Source: Azolla caroliniana (taxonomy: Eukaryota; Plantae; Polypodiophyta). Taken from it: DNA of 64,000 bases. The translations under genes and the position numbers were made by a program. Every line of letters starts with the position of its first letter. The first letter of the stretch is position 1. Below the pieces are notes generated by a model that had not been told where the DNA came from, ran no database searches, and saw only the letters and a list, made by a program, of their open reading frames with translations. The stretch covers positions 15,748,001-15,812,000 of the forward strand of contig JBHGNT010000007.1 in NCBI GenBank assembly GCA_043228905.1, read 5' to 3'. Below, piece by piece: positions 43,914 to 58,100 of this stretch.

Positions 43914-46900
43914 CTAAAGGCTAAAGCTTACGGAGTGATAATGAAACAATACACTCGCTTTCGAAGATTTCGATGCGTTGAGATTCAAGGAAGAATGTCG
44001 CTTGCATTCCCTTGCAATGTCTTCTTGAAGGCTTTCCGATCCGGACACTAGAACACCAACGCAATCGCCCGAGTATTTGTTGACAAGGCCATCGAAGACA
44101 TCTGCCAATCGAATCCGATAAAAGATAGATTAAGATGGAGAGAGTTAAAGAAGAGAACACAGAAACAATACAATCTTTTATACGAAATGATGTTGCGAAC
44201 CTCTCCAATCCGGACGAGATCGAATGTGGACATCACCGACCCATGATGATTGTCCGGCTTCTCGATCGAAAACCTCCGATTCCAATGCCTCGACTGGCGA
44301 GGGAGTAGTGCTATTTGTGGTCGGCTTCACCGATGCCAAACTCTTAGTCTTTTGCCTCGATTTCAAAATCCAGAAGACAAGTACAAATCCACCAAATATC
44401 ACAATCCCCAGTATCATGCAAGCTACCATTACGTGTGTGCGATTGTAATTGGTGAAGGTGTGGTGCTCGTAAGATTTGATAATGGAGGTGTTAGCTATGC
44501 CTGAGAGCAGGAAGTATCCCAACATAGATGCAATGGTGATGCAGGCCACCCATTTTGTATTGCCTGTTGTACTTATGTTGGATATAATCCCTTGTGGTGG
44601 GACTAACTTAAGATCGTTTGGAGGAGGCAACATCAATGGTTGTGATGGAGGATATGCTACCCTAAACTGTGATAGGGTAAAGGCTTGAGCTTTGGAATCC
44701 AATTCCATGTCCTCGCCACCACTTCTACGACGGTAATCTTGCATGTCCTTTGAGGTTATGTAAACATGGACTTCGATGCTCAACCCTAATGTGTCGTAGC
44801 CGGGGAGGATTTGGTTAGGGTATACACTATCGAGTACGTCTAGGTCCTCTGGCTTTCTGATGCAGTGATACAGTGTGATGGAGGTCGGAAGAGATGTGGA
44901 TGTTTGTGTGATGTTTTTGTATCGATATAAAATGTCGCGAAGAATGGCCATGGCCGGAGTGATGCCTATACCCCCAGCCACAAGGACGAGCGATTTATAC
45001 CTGAGAAAAACAAACAAATTGTTGTCAATGCGCGGTGAAACGAACGAATGATGCTTGAGCATTGAAAACACGAAAGGACATGATGGAATGACAAATTCTA
45101 GGGTTTGTGGCAATATACTGAAGGTAAAAATCCGACTCGTCTCCATAAGGGCCTTCCACTCTAGCCTTGAAGGAGAAAGGGCAAGAAGCTGAATCCCCTT
45201 TCTTGGCGTGGGAGAATTGATCACGCAATGTGTTCGTCCATCCGCCAAGCGGTTTGATGATGATGGTCAGAGCTTGCTTCTTGTCTAGAGGGGAGGATGC
45301 TCCACTAAAGAAGTGCCACTGCAGTGTGGAGAGACCAGGAATCTGGATGCACCATGTGGAAAGAGCATTGTACAATGGGTTTCCTAGTGAAACAATTAAA
45401 TGCATAAAAAACATCTATGAGATGGATTGATTACCTCCACAATACTAATTTCAACAATAAATTGTGTTATGATTAATTACATTATATAGATGTTACCTTC
45501 GATACTAGGGCTACTAAGAGGCATCATAAGCTCAACAACACCATTGTCAAGGACCTTCACCGAAGAGACCTGAACAAGACGTGTCGATTGGACCATGCGA
45601 ATGAATCGATCGACGAAGAAGAGGAACATGGGGATTACGAAGTAGTGGTAGTTCGAGACGACATGGTAAATCCAAAAGAGGGAGAACAAGAGATAGAGGT
45701 GATGTATCCTGAAGAACAAATCGTAGAAACGCCTGCGGAAGTAGGATAGCGATGTGACCCACATCACTAGCCCTATGATCCATGCCACCAATCCAGCCAC
45801 TACCGCGCACCTTTCTTGCCTTGTCACCCATCTAAGAATCTAAGAAGAGGATGAAAACATGGATGTTAATGCCATTACATGCATATATATATTCGATACA
45901 ATCGAAGCATCACCGATCAAACAATGTCGCTATTAGTTATATAAACAACAATTTGCAACTATGGCCTCGTTTAGGGTTCAAGAAATCTTACTTGGTTGCA
46001 TCCTTTCAACCAAATCTGCCATATTTTTATGTTCAATTACCTACCATGTACAATTAGTGTGAACATATCAAGTTGTATACTAATCCGAAAAGGGGAGCAA
46101 ACTAGCATGACACTCGGTAGTAAGGTTATGATACTAAAACTATGAATAATAGTAGTAGTAGTAGTAGCCAGTACCAAGTGCTTTCTATCGGTGTAGCTAT
46201 ATGTGATGATGTAGCCGACGCTATGAATAGTTAGCATGACCATCATCGAGACGGCCAGCCAGATGTGGTAGCGCACAGCCTGCTCGAAGGGAATGCGGGC
46301 GAGCCGAAGCAATGGCGAGCCTCGCGACACGGGAATCCACAGTAGCGCGAATGGCAACATGGCCACCCTCCCAAAATTGAAGGACATGTTACCCACCTTC
46401 TGCCAGTACCTGTATATTTAAGCTCTTAAATTCTTGTTTCCAAAAAAATATGCATATGTATATGTATATATGATCAAATATGTACTTGGCGGATGGTGTT
46501 CGGTTCGATTTCTGAATGCGATGGAAGGACAGATCTGTGACTCGGCCGAAGTGGTACACCATTACAAAGAGAATGATGAGGATACCCAGTGCCTCTGCCC
46601 CTGTGATAATGCCAAATGGGCTTTTGTCCACCCAAACTGGATATGTGCTCAACCGCCATCCGGTCCTCCAGCCCCCCGATGATGATGATGATCCGCTGCC
46701 ATCGCCACCACCGCCAAGCTTTCGGAGCTCCGCTGCTTTTGCTTTTATGAACACACGAAGCTCGATTACGACAAAGCTTAGGATGGTCACCACCATGAAT
46801 GGCAATGCATGGAATATCAATGCGGGCCCTAGCAATGACAGTGCGGAAAACATACCACACCAATTAGTAGGATGTATATCACTAAATCCTCAATTAGGAG

Positions 46901-47393
46901 TTTACGTCATATAATTAATCAAGAAGCAAAAAAGAAAAAGAAAAACCTTCATTGCCATCCGTGTTGAAGAAGCGAGAATTCGAAACTTTGTCGCCGATCC
47001 AAATGTCGATGTATTTGTGCCTATCTTCCGGATCGGGAGACACTAACCACCATCCTACCCAGAATGCGCACGCCGCAATTATCACTCCTTCCGCGAGCCC
47101 CTTCGCCACCCTCGCGTGCTTAATCACCCCAAGCAATCTTAACTTTTCTTCCCTTGATCCACCATTACCATCATTCTTCTCGTTGTGAGCTATACCTGCA
47201 TTCATGACAATGACAATTGGAACTATGTAGTGACACAATTGAGGTAAAAAACAATGCATTGTCTCATGATTGATGGTTTGGTGGTTGCATGATATCATGG
47301 AGTGTCTACAAGTACTAGCTTATTATTACTCAATATGTCTTGCATACCAAATGCAATGGGTGCACCAACAACACCCTCACGAGTATCGGCCAT
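43914..47393 (-). CDS. FRO: Ferric reduction oxidase (FRO-family flavocytochrome), 8 exons, ~819 aa
   Basis: Proposed exons 47393-47348, 47195-46956 (or 46947), 46828-46486, 46409-46175, 45839-45497, 45383-45119, 45000-44201, 44101-43914 (2460 nt, phases compatible). Motifs PVSRGSPLL, YHIWL..TIH and IHHLY..YH (heme His pairs), QWHFFS, IKPLGGWT, EGPYG, VAGGIGITP, C-terminal FHYHSVSFSL. The first exon is least certain. Confidence 0.93.
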
Positions 47394-47869
47394 TTGTTAC
47401 GACGGAGTACGATTTGATGATGAGACACAGTAAGAGTTATACCATGCAATAGTTGTGGACCAAGGGATAAACTATAGTAGGGAGGTGGACTTCCTTATAT
47501 ACCCACTAGGAAGGCTAGAAACAACTAATAAGAGATATTTTATTGTAAGTCAACGATTTAGGATATGTGCCCACCACATTTCAAATAGTAGGCCCTTGTA
47601 TACTTTCACCACAACATTACCACACGCATCGGCATGCACAACACGCACAAACATCATCGGCATGCACGAGACACACAAACATTCGTTTTTATATGTAGAA
47701 TCTGCACATTCCATAGTATTCGTTGAGTATGGGGGGCCCCATTCCATTGATTGGGTATATGTCGGACGCATGGAGCAATAACTCTTTTTGCATCTTAAAT
47801 CATTGTTTGAAAATTTTAGCTCTTAGACAAACCGCAATTTGTTGTTTGCATTTAGTTCGTGATTGACGT

Positions 47870-48560
47870 TGTAGAGGCTTCAAAATCTAGATCGGAACGG
47901 AATAAGAAAATTTTGTGGTCGTCATACAAATTTAAAACAAATGGTGATGTTAAATTTATATTATAATGATGGGGCTGGATTGAGAATTTTAAGTGAAAGA
48001 GATCATTGGGATCCTACGTTTCAGTTTTGGTTCTCAGATCCATTTTCTCATTTATCGTGGAGAAATCAAGCTCAAACTTTCAACATTTGTGAGCAAATTT
48101 ATCATTGTGATGATGGACAACCTTCTACGTAATCACACTTCTACGTATTTGCACCAAGAGAGGCACTTAATTATACTTACTATGCTATTTTTTACATGGA
48201 GCGATAAGAGAGTAACAAATTTATAATTATCGCTGTAATTTAATTCATTGCTAGAGTTATAGAGTCAATAGCTACATTACAATCTTGTAGCGAGTGGCAC
48301 AGTTTATACCAATTTGTTCCCACATTGAACTAGATCCATTGTCCATCATCTATCATTAGATCCTTGATTTGATAAACACCCTTTTTAGAAATAAAATAAA
48401 ATATGTTTTGTGACGTAGAAAGAAAAACATGACTCCAATAAATACTCTCCCATCCCATTGAGTTAACAAATCTTCAATCCATTTTATTCATTGTAAATAG
48501 TATGTAACTTTCTTCCAAATTTTAATCATTTTTGACGTGAATAGAGATCTACAAATGGTG
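47870..48560. mobile_element. Possible degenerate fold-back/MITE-like element upstream of FRO
   Basis: Several short inverted matches symmetric about ~48220 (GGATTGAGAATTT/AAATCTTCAATCC; GATGATGGACAA/TTGTCCATCATC; CTACGT/ACGTAG). Confidence 0.4.
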
Positions 48561-49250
48561 CCCTCATATGTACCAAGCACTACATTCCAAAAAGTGGTTT
48601 TCCTAGATCAAAGAAGTTTTAGTTCATACATTTGCACATATCTATCAAGATTATTGTCCACGGTTGCATTTGCTTTTCCAAGTCAAGCACCATTATTGCT
48701 CTCCTTTTGTTAGCATCTGAATCTCCAAATTTATTATACTTTAACCCCCCAAACAATTTATTATGCAAACTTTATCATCTAATAACAATCTTAAAAGATA
48801 CTCCATGTTTTGCCTCCAAATAAATTGCTCTGTGATCTCTGAATTGATGTTTTGAAGTTGGTTTTCCGAGCGTTTGGTTATAGGTAGATGAAATTGAATG
48901 CTTATTTGAAGAATTGTTATTAGTCCTCCATACAATTGCATGTCGCAATTTTTCAATAGCTTTCGCAATATCAATTTGCCTTTATTCTTGTCTATAATGT
49001 TCCGATCTAACTGATACCCCAAGTGCCTCACCACATTGATGATTGGCATAAAATAGATTTTGGCAATCTACTTTGAGCTTTTGAATTTTTGCTACTTGAA
49101 ATCATCAATATTTATCTTTTAGGCCAAACCATCAAGTAGCAAAAACTTAGATTTTTTAAAATGGGCTTTTAACTTAATGATGTATAATTGTAAAGCATCA
49201 ATAATAATGCACATGTTATGTGGAACATAATTATGAGATAAAAAAAAGGT
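48560..49250 (-). pseudogene. Possible decayed LINE RT C-terminal fragment
   Basis: GL..KIN..KS-like, VRHLGYQL and EQFIW motifs in LINE order; heavily mutated. Confidence 0.5.
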
Positions 49251-49609
49251 ATGATCAATAGTATCATGTTGCCTATGGTATATTGTGTTAAACCTCATCC
49301 AAACCAAGAATATTCTCCTATTATACTTCATTATAGTCCATCGGTATGATTGATTTTCTATCGGCTAATAGTTTGGAGTCTGGACAATGGTTTTTGCATT
49401 ATAGGTATAAGTGTGATAGGCCTCTAGTTAGCTAATGACTCACGCAACTTTCTTTTGGGAAACAATTTGGTTAAGATCATTTTCTTGTCTTGTACATTGT
49501 GCAACTTTTAACATATCCCAAAATTCTACTGTAATTCCAACCCATCCTCCAACTTTCCATTTGCCTAGATCTTTTTGTGTTTCTAGTAGTTCCCCTTTTA
49601 TGATCTCAT

Positions 49610-49940
49610 CTTCAAGAATGTATTGCATCGTCTACTATGGAAGCAGAGTATGTTGCAACTAGTGGTAGTGACGCATGTAAGGAAGTTGGGTCGCTTATAC
49701 GTAGATTTCATTGTGATAGCCATAGTGTAATTTCTTTGGCTAAGAATTTGGTCTAAGAATCTAGTGTATCATGTGAAGACCAAGCACATTGTGCGATATT
49801 GCTTTATCCGGGAATTAGTAGCAATTGGCCACATTAGACTTGAGAAGGTTGTTTCTCCAGAAAATCTACAACTGCATTAACCAAAACCTTACCACATTAT
49901 AGTTTAGATCATTGTTGTCCCTTGATGGGTGTACTTAATT
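49610..49940 (+). pseudogene. Copia RNase H fragment
   Basis: IASSTMEAEYVA, HCDSHSVISLAKN, VYHVKTKHI, ALTKTL. Confidence 0.8.
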
Positions 49941-51174
49941 AAGTAAAAAACGACATACATAGGTTAAAAAAATGACAAAACCTTGTTTAAGGTGCGTGCA
50001 GTTAATAATATTTGCATATGTGTTTTTCACTTCCTTCCCTCTTTACTGCTTGAGATCCTCTAAGTAGACAAACACACAAAATATCCACCAAGCAACATCT
50101 ATATCCATTTTCATTTGAGCATCAATCAAATGAGGAGCTAGTGATTTGAACACATCACATTTGAGATAATTGACCTTTTACTACATGAATTCACATCCTC
50201 ATATTTGGAAGGCTCGATGTTTGAAGGTATTTCAAAATGTGTCTGAAAGACTGGCCGAAATAATTTAAAGGATTTGGACAAAGATTATGCATAGGTATAT
50301 TTTATAGACGGCTTTTTGATAAGGTGGAGTGGTTTTACTCTGCATCAAAGTATTTATTTAAGTTGATGGTTAGAATTTAGAAATAAGGGGATCTGTGGTA
50401 TATCTTGTATGTATAGCCGTATGAAGTTTTCTAATACTAATGTAGTATTTCATTTTGGAAAAAAAAAGTCACATCCTCATATTGAATTTTGGACTACAAA
50501 CAGGTCCATGATCAAAATGCTATGATGTGTAATCAAACCATGCATCACAACAATATGTTGCAAATTGAGTGGATTTTCTCATGCATCTTTGATTTATTTA
50601 AGAAATTATAAATTAAATGAAAACCAAAAACATTTTTTATGGACAAAATGAATGACTAAAAATAGTCATTGCAAAGGTGTTACATGACATGAATTAAGGT
50701 TTGTGTTAATATTAGAATAATGTTCAAGATCCATCATTTTGAACTTGAGTAGTATATGTTCTGTGAACTTCCTTTGTTATACTTGGATGCTATGATATGG
50801 ACCCCCTCCAAGTTGAAATCAAATTCCAAGTTTGTAGTGAAGAAGTCCATATGTGATGGAAAAGGTTGTCGCAAATTCTTCTTTGGCACCTTTAATCCGA
50901 TCAACATCATGGCAAATAATTCACATCTACATGTGTTGCTGATGATGGTGTTAGTTGATATGCAGATATAGGTGTAATTGTTGGTGATGTATTTGTTGTT
51001 GTTGGCATTGAATAACAAAGTACGGTTATTTTGTAATTGACTTAATTTTTTTTGGAGTTTCTCATACTCGAGTGTTTGTAAGAAATCCATCTCCTCTTTA
51101 CACTCCTCATTCTGGAAGCCCCTATTCGCTACAAAGATGAGTGTTGAAATGGTGGTTGATAAAACTTCATATTT

Positions 51175-51600
51175 ATATAAATAATATATCAATACATATG
51201 TATGTATGTATGTGCATGAATTAACAATTGTATGAATGTATGTGTGTGCATGTTTAAAGTATAGTTGTCTGAGTGAATGTATGGGTGAATGCACGTGTAT
51301 CAATGGTTGTATGAATGGGTATGTATATATATGTTTCTATATGAATAAGTGGTTGTATGAATGTATGTATGTGTTTGACTGAATGAATGTGTGTATGGAA
51401 AGGTATGATGTGTATAATTATGTGAATTACATATGTATTTTTGTGTGAATGAATGATTTCATGCAATATTCTATGTGTTTATGGATGATTTTATGTATGT
51501 ATGCATGCTTGAATTATGTATATGATTGTGGGAATGTTTGTATGTGTGTGTATCAATAAGTGGTTGTATGAAATGAATGAATGATTGAATGAATGTGTTA
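51175..51600. repeat. Degenerate (ATGT/ATGA)n simple-repeat region
   Basis: Dense TATG/GAAT tetramers. Confidence 0.8.
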
Positions 51601-52145
51601 GTTATACTTGAATAGAAAGGTTATAACTTATAACATAGATAGAGAAAGAGACTATAGAAGATGACGTGGACATAAAATAGATACAATGTGCTTCATTTTA
51701 ATTGTCAACTACAATATCATTATGCTATTTGTCACATGATTATCTTCACCTCTTCGATGAGAGGTCTTTATACACTATTGTCTATTTAGTGCATGCATGA
51801 TGCATGGCATGAGTCATGACAATAGTAAACTTCTCTAGTACATGAGTAAACTATGTGCTACTTATTATAAGCATTTAGTATATCTTAGTGGTATGATCAA
51901 AGTTTAGAGATAATAGGGCTATATATAAAATGCCGATATGTGCTTGTATGTTTTATTCAATATCCCCCCTCAAGCACTTTATCACAGTTCCAACTTTTTT
52001 CGAAATTTGAAGAATCTATCTTTTTGAATCAGCTTTTGTGAGAGCATCAACAACTTAGTCTTTAGTTTTGGTATATTTTAGGTCTACGACCCCTTCAATC
52101 ACTTTTTCACGACCATAACGTAGTGAACCTCTACATGTTTGGTCC
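51600..52145 (-). mobile_element. Copia 3' remnant (RNase H end, PPT, probable LTR)
   Basis: RTKHVEVH..LTKA; PPT GAGGGGGGA at ~51963-51971; LTR extent uncertain. Confidence 0.6.
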
Positions 52146-55100
52146 TGTTAGGAAACAAGTTCCTCCGGATGGGATGAGCACAACCCAGATTCGAGTTTCA
52201 AGTTCGAGAACCTGATCGGATGGGTCCGAAGGAGATAGAGACCGGACCCGGACTGGGTGGAAGGCATATGGTCAGATCCGGTTAGGTATTTAGAAGTGAA
52301 CATATTTGAAAATATGTTTTTAGTGAGCCTAAGATAGGCCATATTTGTAAATAGCCCATACTGTTTATTAGTATAAATACACCTAGGGAAAATCATTATG
52401 TAAGTGCGATCATAGACTGAGAGAAAGAGTGAGTGAGAGCGAGTGTGTCTCCTCTGTAACCGTTGATCTGAACGAGGAAGAACTCAAGGTCGTTGGATTG
52501 CAGTCTTTGTTGTATTCCTTTCTCCCATAGTGATACAGTTTGGAGTTTGTTGACTCCCGTGGTTTTTCCTTATCAGGGTTTCCACATTAAAAATACTTGT
52601 GTCTCTGTACTTTCATTTTTGTCCTCTGTTTTCTATCATTTCTATCTTTGCACCGGCATACGCACATGTGTCAATCGGTTGTGGCCGGTAGTATCATTAC
52701 TTTTTGTACTTTTATTTTTGTCCTCTGTTTTCTATCATTTTGATCTTTGCACCTGCGTACACACATGTGTCAATTGGTTGTGGCCAGTAGTATCCTCAAC
52801 AAAATGGTATCAGAGCAATGCACGGACATTTTGGTGGAATGTTCAAGTTAACCGTCTCCAACTACTCTATGTGGAGGTCGACAATGCGTGGCATGTAATT
52901 GTGCAGAGACCTCTGGCTGCCGATGCAGTTTGGGGATAGAAGGCCAAACAAAATTGATGCATCGACTTAGGAGGTGATGCATCTGAAGACCACAAGTATA
53001 TAGGATGTTTTATAAATATGAGTTTATATAACAATTTCGATGAAAAGACCAAGTCGGACAACCTCTAGAAGAAGATCAACATAATGTTTGAGAACAAGAA
53101 TACCGTCAACAGGGTTTCAGTATTCCGGAAGATTGTGAGACTCCAGTATCAGGATGCCGTACTATGGCAGAGCACCTAAACGCCTTCCAAAGATTAATAA
53201 ACCAAACCACCTCTCTAGAAGTACCTCTTGTCGACGAGGTATTGGCGTTGTTGTTGCTCGGATCCCTTCGGGAAACCTAGGAGATGCTCGTTGTCACATT
53301 GGGCAATGCTGGACCGAAAGGGAAACACCTATCCCTAGAGATGGTGAAGTCGAGCTTGTTAAATGAAGAAGGTTGCCGGAAGGACAACGAGTTTGTAACC
53401 GACTCAAAGGCCTTAGTCATAGAGGATGACATTAACCAGGGAAGATGCTGGAAGAGAAGTCCCTAGAACCGGGAAAAGTCGGGGATGAGCTTGAAGTGGA
53501 GTGGGAGGCCTACCTGTTTCAATTGTGGGAACCCAGGGCACTTACAAAAGAATTGCCGATCAGAACAGAAACATCTATCCTTGGAGATGGTGAAGTCAAG
53601 CTGGTTAAATGAAGAAGCTCCCCGGAAGGATAGAAAGTTCGTAACCAACCCAAAGGCCTTAGTCATAGAGGATGACATGAATCGGGGAAGAGGCTGGAAC
53701 AGAAGTCCCCAGTACCGGGAAAAGTCAGGAACGAGGTCGAAGTTGAGGGGGAGGCCCACCTACTTCAATTGTGGGAAGCGGGGGCACTTCCAAAAGAATT
53801 GCCGACACTTCCGGAAAGAGAAAGGGGGAGTTGATGGTGCGGAGTTGAAGAAGATTCCGGACAGAAAAGGCCCCTCAACAATCACGATAAGTGAGGAGGA
53901 GTTGTTGCTGATTAGCGAGCAAAGTGAAGTAAACCTTGTCAATAACCAAACAACGTGGGTGGTCAACTCAGGAGCATCGTTCCACTTGACTCCCGATTGG
54001 AAATGCTTCTCATCATACACAACTGGAGACCACTGTTTTGGGAAGATGGGAAATGAGGGAGCATGCCAAATCATTGGCATAGGAGATGTGTGTTTGATGA
54101 CTTCAATCGGGTGCAGGTAAAAGATGTGTGACATGTTCTAGAGGTCAGATTGAATCTAGTATCAGCCGGTCGGCTAGATAATGAAGGCTACACGGGTAGT
54201 TTCCAGAACGACACACTAAAGTTTTGCAAGGGAAACCTATTGTGGCCCGAGCCCGGAAGACAAACACATTGTATTTGATGCATGCTCCACTATGTGGAGA
54301 CGAAGTAAATGTGGCACTAGGCACAATCGGTGGGCTATGGCATAAGCGACTATGCCACATAAGTGAGAAGGGGATGTAGAAGCTTGTTGAGGATAATCTC
54401 ATTCCGGAGGTGAAGAATGTGGAACTTGATAAGTGCACCGATTGTTTAGCCAAAAAGCAGAACAAAAACTCCTTCTGATCAAGACCCCCGATGAGAAAGA
54501 AGGCACCACTGGAACTCGTACATACTAATGTATGTTACATAGATACAAAGTCACATGCTAGCTCACAATATTTTGTGACCTTCATAGATGATTGTAGTCA
54601 GAAGTTGTGGGCTTCCATTCTCAAGATGAAGGACCAAGTACTATCTAGTCGAAAGAGAGACCGGTCAGAAGCTAAAAGGTGTTCAAGTAGATAACGACAG
54701 TGAATACCGAGGGTAGTTCCAAGAGTAGTGCCGTGTTATGTACACATAACGTTGGTGAGGGTAGGTCACCAATATATACATTAGTGAAGGGTATGTTCAC
54801 TAATTTTAAAAAGGGGACTAATGATTGGATAGAAGGAATGATAGGTGCATGCACTATCATGATTTGGACAACCAATGAATGGAGAGCCTTTTAGAAAGGC
54901 ACATCTATTCAAAGGGCCTAGGAAAAGGTATAAATATGAGGCTTAGCTACCCTCATAATCATAGTATGTCGGAAGGTTGCTGTCTTAGACACTAGTGGTG
55001 CGGGCTAGGCTTTCATTTCGACGATCGTGTTTATCTCTTCCAAGGTATTAGTCATCCTAATATCCAGTGGTATGGGACGTTGATGGTAGGTTGGCTATGT

Positions 55101-58100
55101 CTAGATCATAGCTCGGGGGTGGTCGGGTGGAACGAGTTCTTCTATACATTCTATTTTCCTTCTTTTACTTTAGTTTGGTCTATTGATTAGTAATAGACTC
55201 TTAACAGTGGTATCAGAGCATTTACTAACAATTTTTTTTGTTGTTTTGATGTTTTTTGCATGTGAGCGATGGGGATCTAACAAGGCTCGTCATGCTCTTC
55301 ACAGGATCAAAACAACATTCTTAACCCGATATTCTTCTTTCTCGATCTCTCATTTCTTTTCTATGATGATTTCTTCTTGGTCAGATAGAAGTGGTATTAC
55401 GTTTTCTTTTCTTTTCTTTCTTCTTTCTACCATCATATGATTTTAATCTACTTATGCATCGGGTCGAGCGTGTTTGCACTAATTGCACACGCTCAACTCA
55501 TGGCCCTTTTGCATATTGAGATGTATCTCCCACTCTCCCCTCTCTTGAGCCATCTCTTACGATAATAATTATTCTTGTTCATCGGGTCGAGTGTGTTTGC
55601 CCTAATTGCACATGCTCACCTCATGGCCCTTTTGCATATGATGCTGAGTATGCCGCTCTTCCCTTTATTGAGCTGTGGTCTTGACAAGGTCTATGTCGCC
55701 TACCTATGCCACTCTACTCTCTATTGAGTCATCACTTGGCCGATTCTATGGGATGTTGTGGCCTTAACGAGGTATATGTCACTTACCTATGCCACTTTAC
55801 TCTTTATTGAGCCATCAATTGGCCGATTCTAGGGAGATGTGGTGGTCTTGAGGAGGTGCATGTCGACTACCTTAGGGTTTCATACCTTAAGGCATGCTTA
55901 ATGATTCATACACCTAATTGATTATTATTCTAATTAATTTCTAATTACACAAATTTTCGTTTCACTTTTGTATGATTTTCTAGTAATTGTCATTTACCCA
56001 CCCACAATTAACTCTCTTTCTTGCCCTTATTTTAAGTTCATCTACACTATTTATCTACGTTTAATGGTGTAACGATTCATGTAGACTATTTTTAAATATT
56101 GAGTGGGCATCATGCCGTTTTTTGAACGATTTTTTCCAACGACTCATCTAGGTTTAACTCATATTATCGAGCCTTAGAACTCGAGTAATACCACATGAGT
56201 TCCCCTATTGATGTTTTACTCATAGATTTGAGTTCTACATCTTTGCGCACAACACCACCACCACTTGTATCAATTTGTGGATTATGTTACAATTGTGCAA
56301 ATTACAACCACCATATTGGGATGTATATGTGCATACCTCGCACCATCCATTTATTTGAGACATTTTTTTTAGTAGGTAACACATGGGTTTTATTTGTGAC
56401 ATTTTTCGTGACTGCTTGATTCTTATGGATAGTGCCTTATTTTATCGTTTTTGTCATAACATTTGCTTGTTACTCGCAAGACTAGAATATTACTTGCGAG
56501 ATCACTTGTTTTTTCACGCAATACACTTTCTCGACCATATCAATACATGTTGGCTTGGCATTCTAATATAAGGCTAACTAGGAAACTACGTTGATGTTAG
56601 AACCATGGTTGAGCCTCGGGGAGCCGCCATGATTATTCAAGATAGAGATTCGAGAAAGACATCTTAGCTATGTTTTCCCCCATGGTTTTTAAAACACCAT
56701 AGTGTTAGCATAGTTATCGGATCTCGAATCACATCTCATATGTTTAGAGGGGTAAAGACGTGAGATGCTTTCTTGGTAAAGTTCTTACAATCAAAATTTC
56801 AAGCATTCATTTTGCTTGTGTATTTTCTAAACCTCCTTATTTATATTGCATATCCACAACTTGCATCATGGAACAAGTTTTGAACATTGTTGGAGCAATC
56901 TCTTCGACCGAGACCTCTCAACTCCAATCCACATCTCGCACACAAGCTGAGATCACTATTGAGCAATTTCTCACTACTACCTTGAATCAATTGGCCGAAA
57001 TGAGGCAGGCCAATATGGCATTGGAAAAGAAATTCCAAGAATTGACAATTGAGTCCAAGAAAGAAGGTGAGCCTTCTTTCGTAGTAACACCATTCAAGGG
57101 AGATAAGAAAGAAAGAACCGAGGAGGCCATTAGCACTTGGCTTGGTCGTTGAGAGTCTCACTTTGAGCTCCACCCCAAGCTCGATGCTGTAAAAATTGGT
57201 TACGTTGGTCGTGAGTTAGGTGGCCGAGCTGCTGCTTGGTGGCGCGGCCTAAGGACTACAAAAAACTTACCCACAACTTGGGAAGGTTTCGTTGATGTTT
57301 TTAAGAAACAGTTTTTGCAGCCACCTTCTCAAACTGAACAATCGCAACACTTGCTCACGTTGTCGAGTAAGCCATTTACCTCTCTCGAGGATTATGTGCA
57401 TCCTGCTCGGACCCAGATCCAAAAATCGAGACTTATGGGTGAGAAATACTTTGTTTCTTGCTTTTTGAATGGTATTCCTAATGGGGATTATCATTGGATT
57501 GTCCATGGCAAGGACCCCACAACTTTTGAGGATGCCGTCAACATTGTACTTCGGTACCATAGGACTTCCAAGAAAGACCACAAAAAACCTGAGTTCGCCA
57601 AAACTACGAATGTCAAGTTCATTGGGAAACGTAAGGAATCCAATGATACTCTTGATCGCGACTCCAAGAAACCTAACCTCTTCTGTGCATATTGCAAGAA
57701 GCGGAGCCACACAAAGGATACTTGTCGTCGTCTTGAGAGGAAGTCAATGAACACCCCTCAGTTGACAAATCTACAAGTCACACAGGTGAGTCTTTTGATG
57801 TTGTTGAAGTTCATACCAACCACCTAAGTTCGTGTGAATGCACTTTTCCTTCACATTTACTTGGACCTAGTGACTTACTCCGAGCAGTCGGTTATATCAA
57901 TGGAACACAAGCACATTTCTTGTTTGATTCCGATAGTTCTCACAATTTTCTCAATGATCACTTTGTGTAGAAAATGGAACTCCACATAAACGCAAGTGAT
58001 AATATCTATCAAGTTCACATGGCAAATGGAAGTGTTCAATACATCAGTAGCATTGTTTGTCAACTGCCAATTCAAATAGATACCTATTTGGAGAAGCTTG

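Noticed and set aside
50734-51303. 189-aa ORF as a host gene
   Set aside because: N-terminal third is simple repeat; the rest may be a decayed gag fragment but no motif is convincing.
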